In this document: positions 24,801 through 36,950 of the stretch, one piece after another | Position numbering within the stretch: the first letter of the stretch is position 1 | Layout of the letters: each line of letters starts with the position of its first letter | Assembly: GCA_030264375.1 (NCBI GenBank) | Contig: JASCQW010000139.1 | Coordinates: forward strand, 17,589,996-17,650,228 | Direction of reading: 5' to 3' | Length of the DNA: 60,233 nt | Source of the DNA: Carcharhinus longimanus | Lineage: Eukaryota | Notes under the pieces: generated by a model | Database searches by the model: none | Told to the model about the DNA's origin: nothing | Seen by the model: only the letters and a program-made list of their open reading frames with translations | Program-made: the position numbers and the translations under genes

Positions 24801-27145
24801 TTTATCGTTCAATAGGTCATCCTTCAAAGCCTTCCCTTTTCAACAGAATAGACACAGCCTGCTCTTCATTTCCCGATTTGACTTCATGTTGACTTTTCTC
24901 AAGGGTATTTTTAGAAATTAAACTGATACTCTAACTGGCTTCCATTCTAATAAATCGAAACAAACAATAAAAGTTTAAAACTAGAATCAGCAAGATAAAC
25001 ATACTGATGGCTTTCAGTCAGAAACAGATGGGAAATAGTTACAATTTAAAGTTTGCATAATTTCAAGTCAGTAACTAAGAAAGAGAAATTGATGATAAGG
25101 CCCATTCAGCCCCTCTACTACAGAAAGACTGGACTTTGTGATAGTCCAACCTCATTCTTACATCCAGCTTCTAGTGTGAAGTCACTCACTACACAAAGAT
25201 CCATAAGTTTTTGCAAAATGTTTGCCCCTACATATCCTTACGTTTCTGACTGATTCTAGTTTTAAACTTTTGTTGTTTGTCTCAATTTATTGGAATGGAA
25301 GTTAGACTATCAGTTTTATTTCTAAAAATACCCTTGAGAAAAATCAACGAGGCAAAATCAGGGAAGGATGAGCAGGTGGTGTCTTCTCTCTTGAAAAAGG
25401 CCGAAGGGTGACCCACAGACCCATAAAATCCCTACAGTGCGGAAGGCGGCCATTTAGCCCACCAGGGCCCATCAACTCTCTGAAAGACCATTTTACACTT
25501 AAGAATACAGCTAGTTGTATTGCATGCAAGATCTATTAGAAATGTATTTAACCAAAGAATAATTAGGATGTAGGAGGCAATAGCATAGATGCGCTTATGG
25601 GGAAACCAAATATGTATATGACTTATTAGAAAGATTTGATGATCAGGTTAGATCAAGAAGAATAAGAGGAGGCTCGCATGGAGCACATCCTGGTTGTGAG
25701 GACTATTACAATTCTGGAAGGTGATTTCAATACAAGTTCAAAATCCATTTTATTTGTGGGCCCCTGGGGATTTCTTTAATGTTAAAAAAGCTATATCAAT
25801 GCAAGTTGATTCAAACATCAAAATATGTTACAGCTTTTCTCAAAACAGACCATGATAATATGGCCACACTACGTATGAATTATCTCTCATTTGTAGCACT
25901 GAATGGAATTCACTAATGATAATGCTGTGTAAGGGTTACAGCTCAGCCTGCACTGCATACTTAAACTATGTCAGAAGTATTTGCGTAGATACCACTGCTC
26001 CTATTGTGGACAATCCAATTGCTTTAGTGGTTACAATTGCTTAACAATGAAATGATGCAATGGATTCATATTGCAGCAGACTCTGATCATCATAAACACA
26101 GGATTACTCCTGTACATTCAGTGATAACCTGGAGATTCCTAGTTCATTCTAGAGCATTTTGGAAAAAAATCTTTAGTTATGGAGTATTGAACTTGGTAAT
26201 TGATATAACATGTAACTGAACATGGTGTAAAATCTATCTATCTATATTCTTTGCTTATACAAAGTAATTGTTAACAGTGTTTATAATGTAAAATGGGCAC
26301 TTCCGTTCTGTAGCCTTTTAAATTCCAAGTAGAAAGGACAGAAATTTTAATTACACCAGTACCATCTTGAAAATGTCATGTTCTGTAGATTTAGTTTAAT
26401 AGGCTCTATTTGTTTGTTAATTGATTTTAAAATGCTGCATACAGATTTGCCACTGAATAGCAAGTGCTGAGGACACGCGAAAGAGAAGTTTAACCCCTGT
26501 CCCCCCCTCCAGTTTAAGTTATAAGTTAGATGATTTCACTGACTNNNNNNNNNNNNNNNNNNNNNNNNNNNNNNNNNNNNNNNNNNNNNNCTGATTTTCA
26601 TCATTGTCATTTTTTGGTTGCGTTGAAAATGTTGCCAAGTACTGACAGCATTATGCCACGTACGTGCTGTGCAAATGGCTCGAACTGTGGTCAACGCAAG
26701 AATTACCCCATTCCTACAATTAGGTGGGGGAAGCAAATAGCAATGATTTGAAATGCTATGGAACATGTTCCCACATGCCTGCTATCAAATTATGTTTAAA
26801 TAGCAAAACAGATTAGCACATTAAGAAAAGGAAAGCTAAATACAAAACTTAGAACTCATTTTACCCTTCGACACACAGAAGGAATTACTTCCAGTTGCAG
26901 ATTTAATACAATTTTTTCCCCACATATCCAATACTTAAACTCCACCAAAGCATTTTAAGCTATCCAGCAACATAAAACTGCACTTTCACATTCCAACTCA
27001 GTAAAGCATAAATGGTTGTGAAGGTGGAATTTGCACACCTTTTTGAAAATTAGCTTTCCACAACATAGCGTAATTGCCCAAGGTATTATCTTTGGCACAC
27101 AAAGCTACAGTAGATTGCAAATTTGGCACACTTATTCTAATATAC

Positions 27146-27440
27146 AAGTTTATTTATTAGTGTCACAAGCAGGCTTACATTAACAATGCAATGAAGTTAC
27201 AGTGAGAATCCCTTAGTCGTCACACTCCAGTGCTTGTTCGGGTACACCAAGGGGGAATTTAACATATCCAATGCACCTAACTAGCACATCTTTCGGATTA
27301 TGGGAGGAAACAGGAGCACCCGGAGGAAACCCATGAAGACACAGGCAAAACATGTAGACTCCACACAGACAGTGATCCAAGTGGGTAATTGAACCCAGGT
27401 CCCTGTGCTGTGAAGCAGCAGTGCTACCCACCGTGCCATC
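27146..27440 (-). mobile_element. V-SINE-like SINE with alternative 3' tail
   Basis: Head ggcacggtgggtagcactgctgcttcacag..ggttcaattacc; core gggtttcctccgggtgctcctgtttcctccca; tail cttgtgacactaataaataaactt. Confidence 0.85.
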
Positions 27441-30400
27441 CTTCTAGAACTTTAGCAGTTTATCTATTTTGTAATACTCCAAAGAAATCACAAGTAATCC
27501 TATGGGTGGGAGTTCTAATACATTGTTAGAATTCATTAGGAGTTGCTTATAAAATGAAGAGTCTCTAATTACAACTGAAAGCATGTTCTTCTCTAGAAAC
27601 GTCAATATTCAATGGCTTTGAGGTCATTCTTTCCCTTCCAATCAATTGTTCCCTTGTCTGAAGTCAGTAGTTAATGCTGCAATATTGTTCCAAAGCACCA
27701 GCATCCCCCAGGTATCTTGCCTAAGTATACTTCAAGGGCAAGTCTCGGCAGATTAGACATTGAGGCAACCATAGCCAATCACGATCCTGTCAATACACTT
27801 GCTACCAGAAAGTCACTGGATATCAATGTGGTACACAAAGTATACATTTTTTCTTCTTTCTGGCTCAGGAATATCAGAACCAATTTAATACCATCACCAA
27901 GTGCAGCATGATAACTGAATGCAACCCAGGGATCTAACTGGGCATTTAATTCATCTGTTTAGTTCAGTAGTATAAACTGCTGCGCTGCTCAGCCCCATTT
28001 ATGCTGCTTCAAAGATACCCAAGGGGATCAGTGTAAAGGGCAAGATTGACAAATGACACACTGTGCAGAAAGTGAAAACAATTGGTGCACTGAATACAGA
28101 CCTAGTCTCTCGGTCAAAAATTGTGCTTTAAAACCTACATGCCATATAATGTAAATACAAATAATTTTATAATTTGCATCTGATTGCTCATCATAACCTA
28201 GCAAGAATAGAACATATTCTGTAACCACAATCTACTGGGGGATAAGGTCAGTAATCTGGTACCCTGATCCATTTTAAATCATGAGGATTCCATGGCAGTA
28301 GCATATCTGTACTAAAAATCTTACTTTTTTGTTTAGAAAGTGAGCTCATTGTCATTATATGCCAAATCCAGGATATCACTGTGCCACCTCTTCATTACAA
28401 AATCATTTTTGTACCAAATTGACAACTGATGAATTAGTTCAGGTATTCCCAAATTGGGTTCCATGGAACTCTGGAAAGGGTGAAGAACTGAGGTAGCAAC
28501 CAATTTTTCTCTCCTAGCATTATTTATATTTGATAATAGTTTGCTATTCGTTTTGGAGGCTCAGCCAAAGCCATCTCTCCAAATGCACTGCCTCCTTTAT
28601 AGATTTACCACTGAGCTGTGGCTTTCACTGGCAGCAGCCGCATTGTAAATGTGACTCTTTGCAAAGTTGTTTGACTTATTGTATGTTAATATAATATTCT
28701 TTCTTTAACATTTGTCTTCATCTCCACTATTCCCACTCTGTGGACTGTCTCCTTAATTCAGCGGATGCCCAGTCAAAAATACGCAAGTGTGAAATTTCAG
28801 TTTGCTTGATTGACTAAAGCCTGAACACAAACTACCACTAACTCAGTTCATTTGTGGTTTAATTTTCTCAATTAATATCTGTTTTTAAAAAAAATCTATA
28901 ATAATTTTAGAGAATCAGCATTTTGTCAATTGACGTTATTCAATTTGTTTTAATGCTTCCCTGGAGATTTTAAACATATTTAAACACCAAGGGGATCCAA
29001 TACTGGCCAGGAAATTGCATTCTATCAAGGGTCTTCCAACAACCACAATCGCTAATAGCCACTTGTAGGAGACTATTTGTAAAATATTCCTGCATAACCC
29101 CAAGGACACAAATTGGAAGACCACAGTATAATTGGCACCAAACAGTATTAAAGAAACACTGGAACAACAGAGTACTCTTCATCCCTTTGAACCTATTCTG
29201 CCATTCAACAAGGTAATGGCTGATCTGTGACCAAATGCCATGAAACAAAACCCATCAGGGGCCGGATACAATTACTTCCCATTTTTAATGACTGCAATGA
29301 GTTAAAAGGGCAGTAGCTGCTTCAATCATTAAAAAATTCACTGGCAGCCTGATGTACGTGTATAAAGTTTTATGAAAATCTGTGCACAAAGCTCCATCCT
29401 GGCTCTCATTCGATAAGTATCTAACCAGGATATAGTAGTAACTGTTACCCAATTGCACCATTGTTAAAGATGCACCAGCACACTACAGCTGTCAGTAATA
29501 ATAAGTGGGATGTTGCATAGCTCCATATGGGCAATTCAGGCTGGGCATTTAATTTGACCTGGAAATACTGTCAAGTGACTTTTTATATTAAAAGATGAGG
29601 ATTATGGCTTAATAGTATGTGACAAGCAAAACAGAAACACTCTCCTAAAAAATCTCGAGTAAGAATAAATTGGGCTAATGTTGAATTCTGCATGCATTTG
29701 AGTTTTTGTTTACTGTTTTATTAAAATATTCACTTAAATAGTAGTGAAATTGTGAGCTAAACAATACATGTAAAGGGAGGTAACATTGATCTTGAAATGC
29801 ACCAATTCAGAGAAAATAAGTGTAATCTCATTTGGGACAGGTCAGTTTTACACCCAGTGATCCCAAAAGCTTTCCTGCTGTAAAATATGAGCAGAATGCT
29901 GGGATCTTAAATTGCACTGACTCCTATTTTATTATCCATGTTATGGTTCCAAACAGCTTTAATCATGTTATTCTTAATTTCATAAGGGAGGAACTACACC
30001 TTATCAACCTTTCCCAGCATATCATTTGGATAAAAATATCTATATTAATGAAACAGGTGTAGAAAGACTGCAACTGAACTTTGTTGACCAATTAAGATTA
30101 CTCACCATGAAAGGTTGCGTGCAAAATAAACGGAGGTGAAATTTATTGCACCAAAATGGTTTACGGCATCACAAACACGAGCTGGTTGTTAGTTCAAGTA
30201 ACTTGCATAAAATTTAAGCAGTTAACAGTTCAATCTCACACACCCATATGATTGCCGGCTCTTCGATTGGAGCTCCATTTGAGATTTCTTGCACGCTTTT
30301 ATATTCCCTCTCTTCAGCTATTTACCCAAATTTTTTTTTCAAAAAAAAAGGGGCGTTAGCACAAATATCTGTGATAAAGCAATTCATTCCTAATTACTGA

Positions 30401-31371
30401 ATTAAACAATTTTTAAACTGCTGCTTTCATCCTTTCAGCAACATCTGGGCTTTCATTACTGATTCACCCATCAGTAGAAACAATCTTATTTACTATCTTA
30501 AAAATGTCAGTTTTTGAAACAATTAGATTTCCCTGAATCTTTCCTTATTCCTGTGAAAAGAGCTCTTTTGTATGTACTTGTACACCAGATAAAAATTCAA
30601 TCATAATTAGTGTAGACTTCCACTCACTGCTTTTAAAAATGCATTCTATTGACAGCAAGCACTAAATACTAAAAACGTCATCAGTATAATTTTCAAAATG
30701 AATGGCTTCCATAGCATTGAAGCTTACTAAATTACATAAATTCATTTGCTAAAACACAAAGCTGTGTTTCATGAAAGAGTCCTTTGTTTATGATTAGAAA
30801 ATGAATATATTGCTAACTGTGGTTGGAAAAAGCTACTTGTGCTGCAAGTGCCACTGAAATACATTTAAACACTGATTTGTAGCGTTCCTATTGTGGCAAC
30901 GGCCTTTATGGTTACTAAATATCCACTGGTTTCACCCAAAGTTATGCTTTCTCAGGTCTAGAGAAATTTTTAAGTTGAGTCGAGTGAAATTGAGCAAGAG
31001 TTAAGCAGCTTTTATAGTTCAAGTTACAGCTCCTAGCCGCTCTTAACATGGCCTTCTCCACAAGTGTACACAGCCAAGCATACTAAGTAATAGAGATTGG
31101 AAGTACCCTAGCACAATTTTCAATCCAACTTGAATTAGATCATAGATGGAACAATGAGAATTTTTTTTTAAAAAGATCCAAGCCTTCCTGCTCTATTCCG
31201 AACATGTCTGCTGTGCAAGAAGCAACATCAGGTTTGGCTGTAACATTCAACTAGGCTAACGCAAAGAATGGGAAGATGCAAGAGATGCAGGTGGACTACT
31301 GGTATGTGGGAAATTTTCTGTACTTTCAGAAATTGGTAATCAATGCCACTTTGCTTTTAGAATTAAAGTGC

Positions 31372-31585
31372 GGTAAAAAGTCTGACAACACCAGGTTTTA
31401 GTCCAACCTATTTATNNNNNNNNNNNNNNNNNNNNNNNNNNNNNNNNNNNNNNNNNNNNNNNNNNNNNNNNNNNNNNNNNNNNNNNNNNNNNNNNNNNNN
31501 NNNNNNNNNNNNNNNTGGACTAAAACCTGGTGTTGTCAGACTTTTTACTGTGTTTACGCCAGTCCAACGCCGGCATACCCACATC
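31372..31585 (+). mobile_element. Young Penelope-like element with inverted ends and 13-bp TSD
   Basis: AGAATTAAAGTGC at 31359-31371 and 31586-31598; left gtaaaaagtctgacaacaccaggttttagtcca is the exact reverse complement of tggactaaaacctggtgttgtcagactttttac on the right; 100-N gap between. Confidence 0.85.
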
Positions 31586-31904
31586 AGAATTAAAGTGCTC
31601 AGCAAATTCACTGGTTTAAAAATATAAAAGTGTGTCAGATTATCAGTATCCCTATAAAGAAGCTGCTTTGTCTATTAATGCTGATCACACATTTAGGCAG
31701 CACAATGCAGCAGATGAGAAGGGCAAAGTGGTGAGCAGCCCACAAAATGAAGCATGAGCAAGGCTGCTGTTTTACAGTGACTGATTAAACCAAGTTAGCC
31801 TAATTCTACTTTATTATATAGTATTCCAGGACTATCACTGTTCTGGTGACTGCCAGTTTATATTTAAGGCTAATGATTTATATTGGCTGAATAAATCAAA
31901 GTAC

Positions 31905-32580
31905 CTATCAGGAATACAAGTTGACCATTTGGCCATCAAGCTTGCTCTGCTATTCAATTAGATGAAGGCTGATCATCTAAATGCTGCTTCCCCGCACTAT
32001 AACAATATCCCTTGGTGTCATTAATCACCAGAAATCCACTGATTTCTATCTTGGACCTGCTCAATGATCGACTTTCCACAGCCCTCTGGGATGCAGAATT
32101 CCAAAGATTTACCACCCTCTGAAGAAATTCATCAGCATCTCAATCTTAATTGGCCACCCCTTAATCTGAGATAATGTACCCTGATTTTAGACTCATTAGC
32201 CATGGAAAATATCTTATTTACATCCACCTTGTAACACTCAAGAATTTTGTAAGTTTCAACAAGGTCACCCCTTGTTCTTCAAAATCTTAAGGGTTACCGA
32301 TCCAGTCATGGTCTCTCCTCATACGACAATCTTGTAATCCTGGGGATGAATCTGGTGATCCTTTGTTACACTCTATGGGAAGGATATCCTTCCTTAGATA
32401 CAGAAACTAAAACTGTGCACACTACTCCAGGTGACCACCGAGGCTCCAGATAATTGCAGCAAGACGTCTTCATTCCTGTACTTAAATCCCCTCACAAATG
32501 AAGGCCACATACCATTTACCTTCCTAATTGCATGTTGTACTGTATACTAGCCTTTAGTGACATGAACCAGGGCACCCACA
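31905..32580 (-). mobile_element. Decayed CR1-type 3' end
   Basis: 3' UTR and RT C-terminal relic similar to 12700-13300 and 58100-58800. Confidence 0.65.
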
Positions 32581-33133
32581 NNNNNNNNNNNNNNNNNNNN
32601 NNNNNNNNNNNNNNNNNNNNNNNNNNNNNNNNNNNNNNNNNNNNNNNNNNNNNNNNNNNNNNNNNNNNNNNNNNNNNNNNNNNNNNNNNNNNNNNNNNNN
32701 NNNNNNNNNNNNNNNNNNNNNNNNNNNNNNNNNNNNNNNNNNNNNNNNNNNNNNNNNNNNNNNNNNNNNNNNNNNNNNNNNNNNNNNNNNNNNNNNNNNN
32801 NNNNNNNNNNNNNNNNNNNNNNNNNNNNNNNNNNNNNNNNNNNNNNNNNNNNNNNNNNNNNNNNNNNNNNNNNNNNNNNNNNNNNNNNNNNNNNNNNNNN
32901 NNNNNNNNNNNNNNNNNNNNNNNNNNNNNNNNNNNNNNNNNNNNNNNNNNNNNNNNNNNNNNNNNNNNNNNNNNNNNNNNNNNNNNNNNNNNNNNNNNNN
33001 NNNNNNNNNNNNNNNNNNNNNNNNNNNNNNNNNNNNNNNNNNNNNNNNNNNNNNNNNNNNNNNNNNNNNNNNNNNNNNNNNNNNNNNNNNNNNNNNNNNN
33101 NNNNNNNNNNNNNNNNNNNNNNNNNNNNNNNNN

Positions 33134-33211
33134 CCTGTTTGGACTTTAAACTGGTGTTGTGGGATTTCTTTCTGTTTTACCCCAGTCCAATGCCAGCATC
33201 TCCACATCATG
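33134..33211 (+). mobile_element. Penelope-like terminal fragment after gap
   Basis: cctgtttggactttaaactggtgttgtg...ccagtccaatgccagcatctccacatcatg. Confidence 0.7.
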
Positions 33212-33394
33212 ACTTCAATCCGATACAGAGGGAGTGCTGCACTGCTGGAAGCACCGTTTGCAAATGTGATGTTAATACTGAGGTCCCATCTATCCACTTA
33301 CATGAAAACATTTGAAAGAGTACATATTCTGATGACTTGGTCAATATTTATCCTTCAATCAACATCACTAAAAACACTAAATTTCTGCTTCAGT

Positions 33395-34026
33395 TACCAG
33401 AAGCTCAAGGTCGTGCTTACAGACTTACTGGAGGTGCTCTGCACCTTGCTCTCCGTTCCATTAAAGGAGATAGATTGAGGAACATCTCGATTCAGTCTGC
33501 AAGCTTGACTGAGTTTTTGATGCCCCATCATTTTATTTCTCTTCTTTACTCTATTCTGACCTCTTCAATCTTAGCTTTCTGTAGCTCCAATGAAGCTCAT
33601 TTGGAAGCCTGAAGGGACAGCATCTCATTTTCAATTAAGTGTTTTTCAGCTTTCCAAATTCGAGGTCAACAATTTCAAATTAGTCACCACATTTTTCAGG
33701 CCAGCTGCGATAGTCATGATATAGTTATCACCTATAGACCCATCTTTGTTTCACTTGGTCCACTCTTTTTGCCTTGCACCATGATCCCTTTAAATCACTC
33801 TTGCTTTCTAATCTATCACAGACCTTTCCTTTCTCTTTCTCCCCTCCCCTTTCTTTTGAACTTAAAATCTGATCCATCTCTTAAATTTTCTCATTGAGGA
33901 AAGATCAACCACCCAAAAAACCAACTTTTCTTTCCTCTTGCGAACAGACAGTACTTAACCTGGTGAACATTTACAGCATTTTCTGTTTATATTTCAGATT
34001 TCCAGCATCTGCAGTATTTTGTTTTC
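33395..34026 (+). mobile_element. Decayed Penelope-like element 3' end (GIY-YIG C-terminus plus terminus)
   Basis: Relic of CSNEA...QHLIF.L...F..EVNNF coding at ~33580-33680, then a pyrimidine-rich UTR and terminus atttcagatttccagcatctgcagtattttg. Confidence 0.6.
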
Positions 34027-34189
34027 AAATAGGTACAAACAGTACTGCTAATTAATTTTGCTGCGATATTCAGCAAGGCTGTTGCTAAATTTAATCCACA
34101 TAGGGAAAAACAATGCTCTCCTGTAATAAGATGTATTCTGTATAGATTTCTGAGCATGCTTCAAAAAGTAATATGACTTTGAGACAAGA

Positions 34190-34898
34190 TCAACAGGCAT
34201 TTAGAGATGCAAGGACTGATTAGGGACAGTCAGCATGGCTTTGTGCGTGGAAAATCATACCTCAGATTTGATTGAGGTTTTTGAAGGGGTAACCAAGGTG
34301 GTAGATGAGGGCAGTGCAGTTAATGTTGTCGACATGGACTTTAGCAAGGCACCGCATGGCAGGTTGTTGCATAAAGTTATAGAAAGGATATTATTAAACT
34401 AGAAAGAGTGCAATAAAGATTTACTAGATGCTACCTTGATGGATTGAGTTATAAGGAGAGGCTGAATAGACAGGGACTTTTTCCTCTGGAGTGTAGGAGG
34501 CTGAGGGGTGACCTTATAGAGGTCTATAAAATAATGAGGGGAACAGACAAGGTAGATAATCAATATCTTTCCCAAAGGGAGGTGAGTCTAAAACTAGAGG
34601 GCATAGGTTTAAGGTGAGAGGGGAGAGATACAGAAGTGTCCAGAGGGGCAATTTTTTCCACAGAGAGGGTGGTGAGTGTCTGGAACAAGCTGCCAGAAGT
34701 AGAAGAGGAGGCGGGTACAATTTTATCTTTTGAAAAGCATTTAGATAGTTACATGGGTATGATGGGTATAAAGGGATATGGGCCAAACGCAGGCAATTGG
34801 GATTAGCTTAGGGGTTTTAAGCACAAAAAAAGGGCAGCATGGAGAATGTGGGCTGAAGGGCCTGTTTCCATGCTGTAAACCTCTATGACTCTGACTAT
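34190..34898 (+). mobile_element. CR1-type LINE, internally deleted RT plus complete 3' UTR
   Basis: GLIRDSQHGFVRGKS...DFSKA jumps at ~34378 to RKDIIKLERVQ; tail ctctatgactctgactatga. Confidence 0.85.
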
Positions 34899-35199
34899 GA
34901 CACGGGCAGAGCTCAATGCCTGTGGAAATACAGCCAAATTACTAACTCTGAAAGTTAACCTAATCTATTCCACCAAAGTCGCTCAATTCAGAAAAAGAAG
35001 GTTTTAAAGGAAGATATTCCATGATTTCCTTCAATGTACAAAAATTTAAACAATGAGTTAACAATCCCTTTGCATGGTGATCCACATTCCTGTGGGAAGT
35101 CTGCAGTAACCTCAACTATACAACAATTTACAACTGTACACTGTCTTGAACATAGTAAACTGCCCCCAAAACACTTCACAGGCAAATGTGACCCCAAGT

Positions 35200-35700
35200 A
35201 TCTTCAGACAGCAGAAAATGTGGCCAAAGGCTTTGTCAAAGTGGTAGGTTTTAATGATCATCTTGGAAGGAAGAAAGGAGCTTAGAGAAGGAATTCAAAA
35301 ATGGGGACCCAAACAGTTAAAGGCACACATCAATGGGGACGGAAAGAAATTGGGAACGCACAATAGACAAGTGAAGAAACACGACTCAGAACTGGGGCAG
35401 GAAGAGATTATAGAAGTAGGGTGACGATGGGGAAAATTCAAGTATAAAGGAGAAGTTTAAATTTCAGATGTTGCTCGATTAGGTCAGTGGACACATGGGT
35501 GACAGATCAGATGGTGCAAGTGGGGACAGCGGCAAGACATGATGCAAGTGGGGATGGCGGCAGCAGATTTCTGGATGAGCGCAAGTGTACAGATAATGGA
35601 AGATGGGAAGCTGGTTGTGAGAGCATTGGAATAGTTGAATTTAGAAGTAACAACGTGATGGCTGAGGACTTCAGCAGCACACATATTGAAGTGGAGTGAA
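35200..35700 (-). mobile_element. L2-like LINE relic
   Basis: Minus strand HHVVTSKFNYSNAL...LALIQKSAAAI (SRLDYCN / LQ.IQN.AAR-like). Confidence 0.6.
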
Positions 35701-35711
35701 GACTCAAGACG

Positions 35712-36950
35712 ATAAGAAACAGGAGATTAAGTCACAGTCCCTTTTGGGGCAAGTGAATTAATTTCTTATCTCAGTTCTCAATGCCCGACTGCTTATTCTG
35801 CGACTTTATTGATTACTTCTATATTCCCCATTCCATTATCTGTAGGCTTGCGCTCATCCAGAACTCTGCTGCCGGCATTGCCACTTGCACCACGTCTTCT
35901 CCGCCAATCAAAAAGATCATTTTTCAATTCCACCTTCCAGAACAAACTCCCTATTGTTTTATTACCCTAGTAACCAAAAACCTCAGTTTTGAGTATATTC
36001 ATCCACACCTCTCTAGGGTGGAAAATTCCCAACATTCACAGAATGAATTCATTTCTTATCTCAGTTCAATGCCCAACTACTTATTCTGCGACTTTATTGA
36101 TTACTTCTATATTCTCCAGCCTGGGGTAACATGTGTAGCCATAATCTCCAGGGGTATCGGCAAAGTATTGCAAAATGGGATTAGTGTCGTCAGATCTTTA
36201 CTGACTGGCATGAGCACAATAGACCAAATTGCCTCCTTCTTGCTGTAAGCATCAGTGAATTTATGAAACGTGCTTCCAACATCTGATGTCAAGCCTCTTA
36301 AGAATTTGATTTTTCAAATTAGGTCACCTTTCACTCTTCTAAATGTTAAAAAGTAGTTTACTTGATCTCTCCTTTGAGGATAATCCCTCCATCCCTGGAA
36401 TCAAGTAAACCTGCTTTGCACTAAGGCAAGAGTAACCTTCCTTGGGCATACAGCACTCTAGGTCCCACCAGGGTCCTATATAATTGTAAGATTTCTTTAC
36501 TCTTTCACATTCAGTATCCTTTGTAACTAAAGATAATGTAGTATTTACTTTTTTAATTGCTTATATTGGCTGCATGTCAAATCTTCAGTGATTCTGTAAA
36601 GGACACACAGGTCCACCTGAATGCTGATGTTTTCTAGTGCCTCCATATTTAAAAATAATATTCTGCTTCCCATTTTTCCCTATCAAAGTAGATAATTTCA
36701 CTTTTTCACATTTTATTCCAGCTGTCACATTCTCTTGCCAAAACACACAACCTATTTAAATTCCTTTCCAACCTCTCTGCGCTCCCTCCACCAGACACTT
36801 TTTCATGCAACTTTGCAATAATTACATTCAGTCCCCTCAGGTAAGTTTTTTTAAAGAATGTGAACAGTTAAAACTCCAGCACTGATTTTTGTGGTACCAT
36901 ACTAGAGACAATCTGCCAACCAGAAAATGATCCATTGATTCCTACTGTTC
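35712..36950 (-). mobile_element. Decayed CR1-type 3' end containing a templated insertion
   Basis: Begins ataagaaacaggag...ctccgccaatcaaaaagatcat; RT relic continues to ~36950. Confidence 0.6.

Noticed and set aside
32532-33297. Long ORFs spanning N runs (also 2348-2784, 4017-4672, 54542-54849)
   Set aside because: Artefacts of translating assembly gaps.
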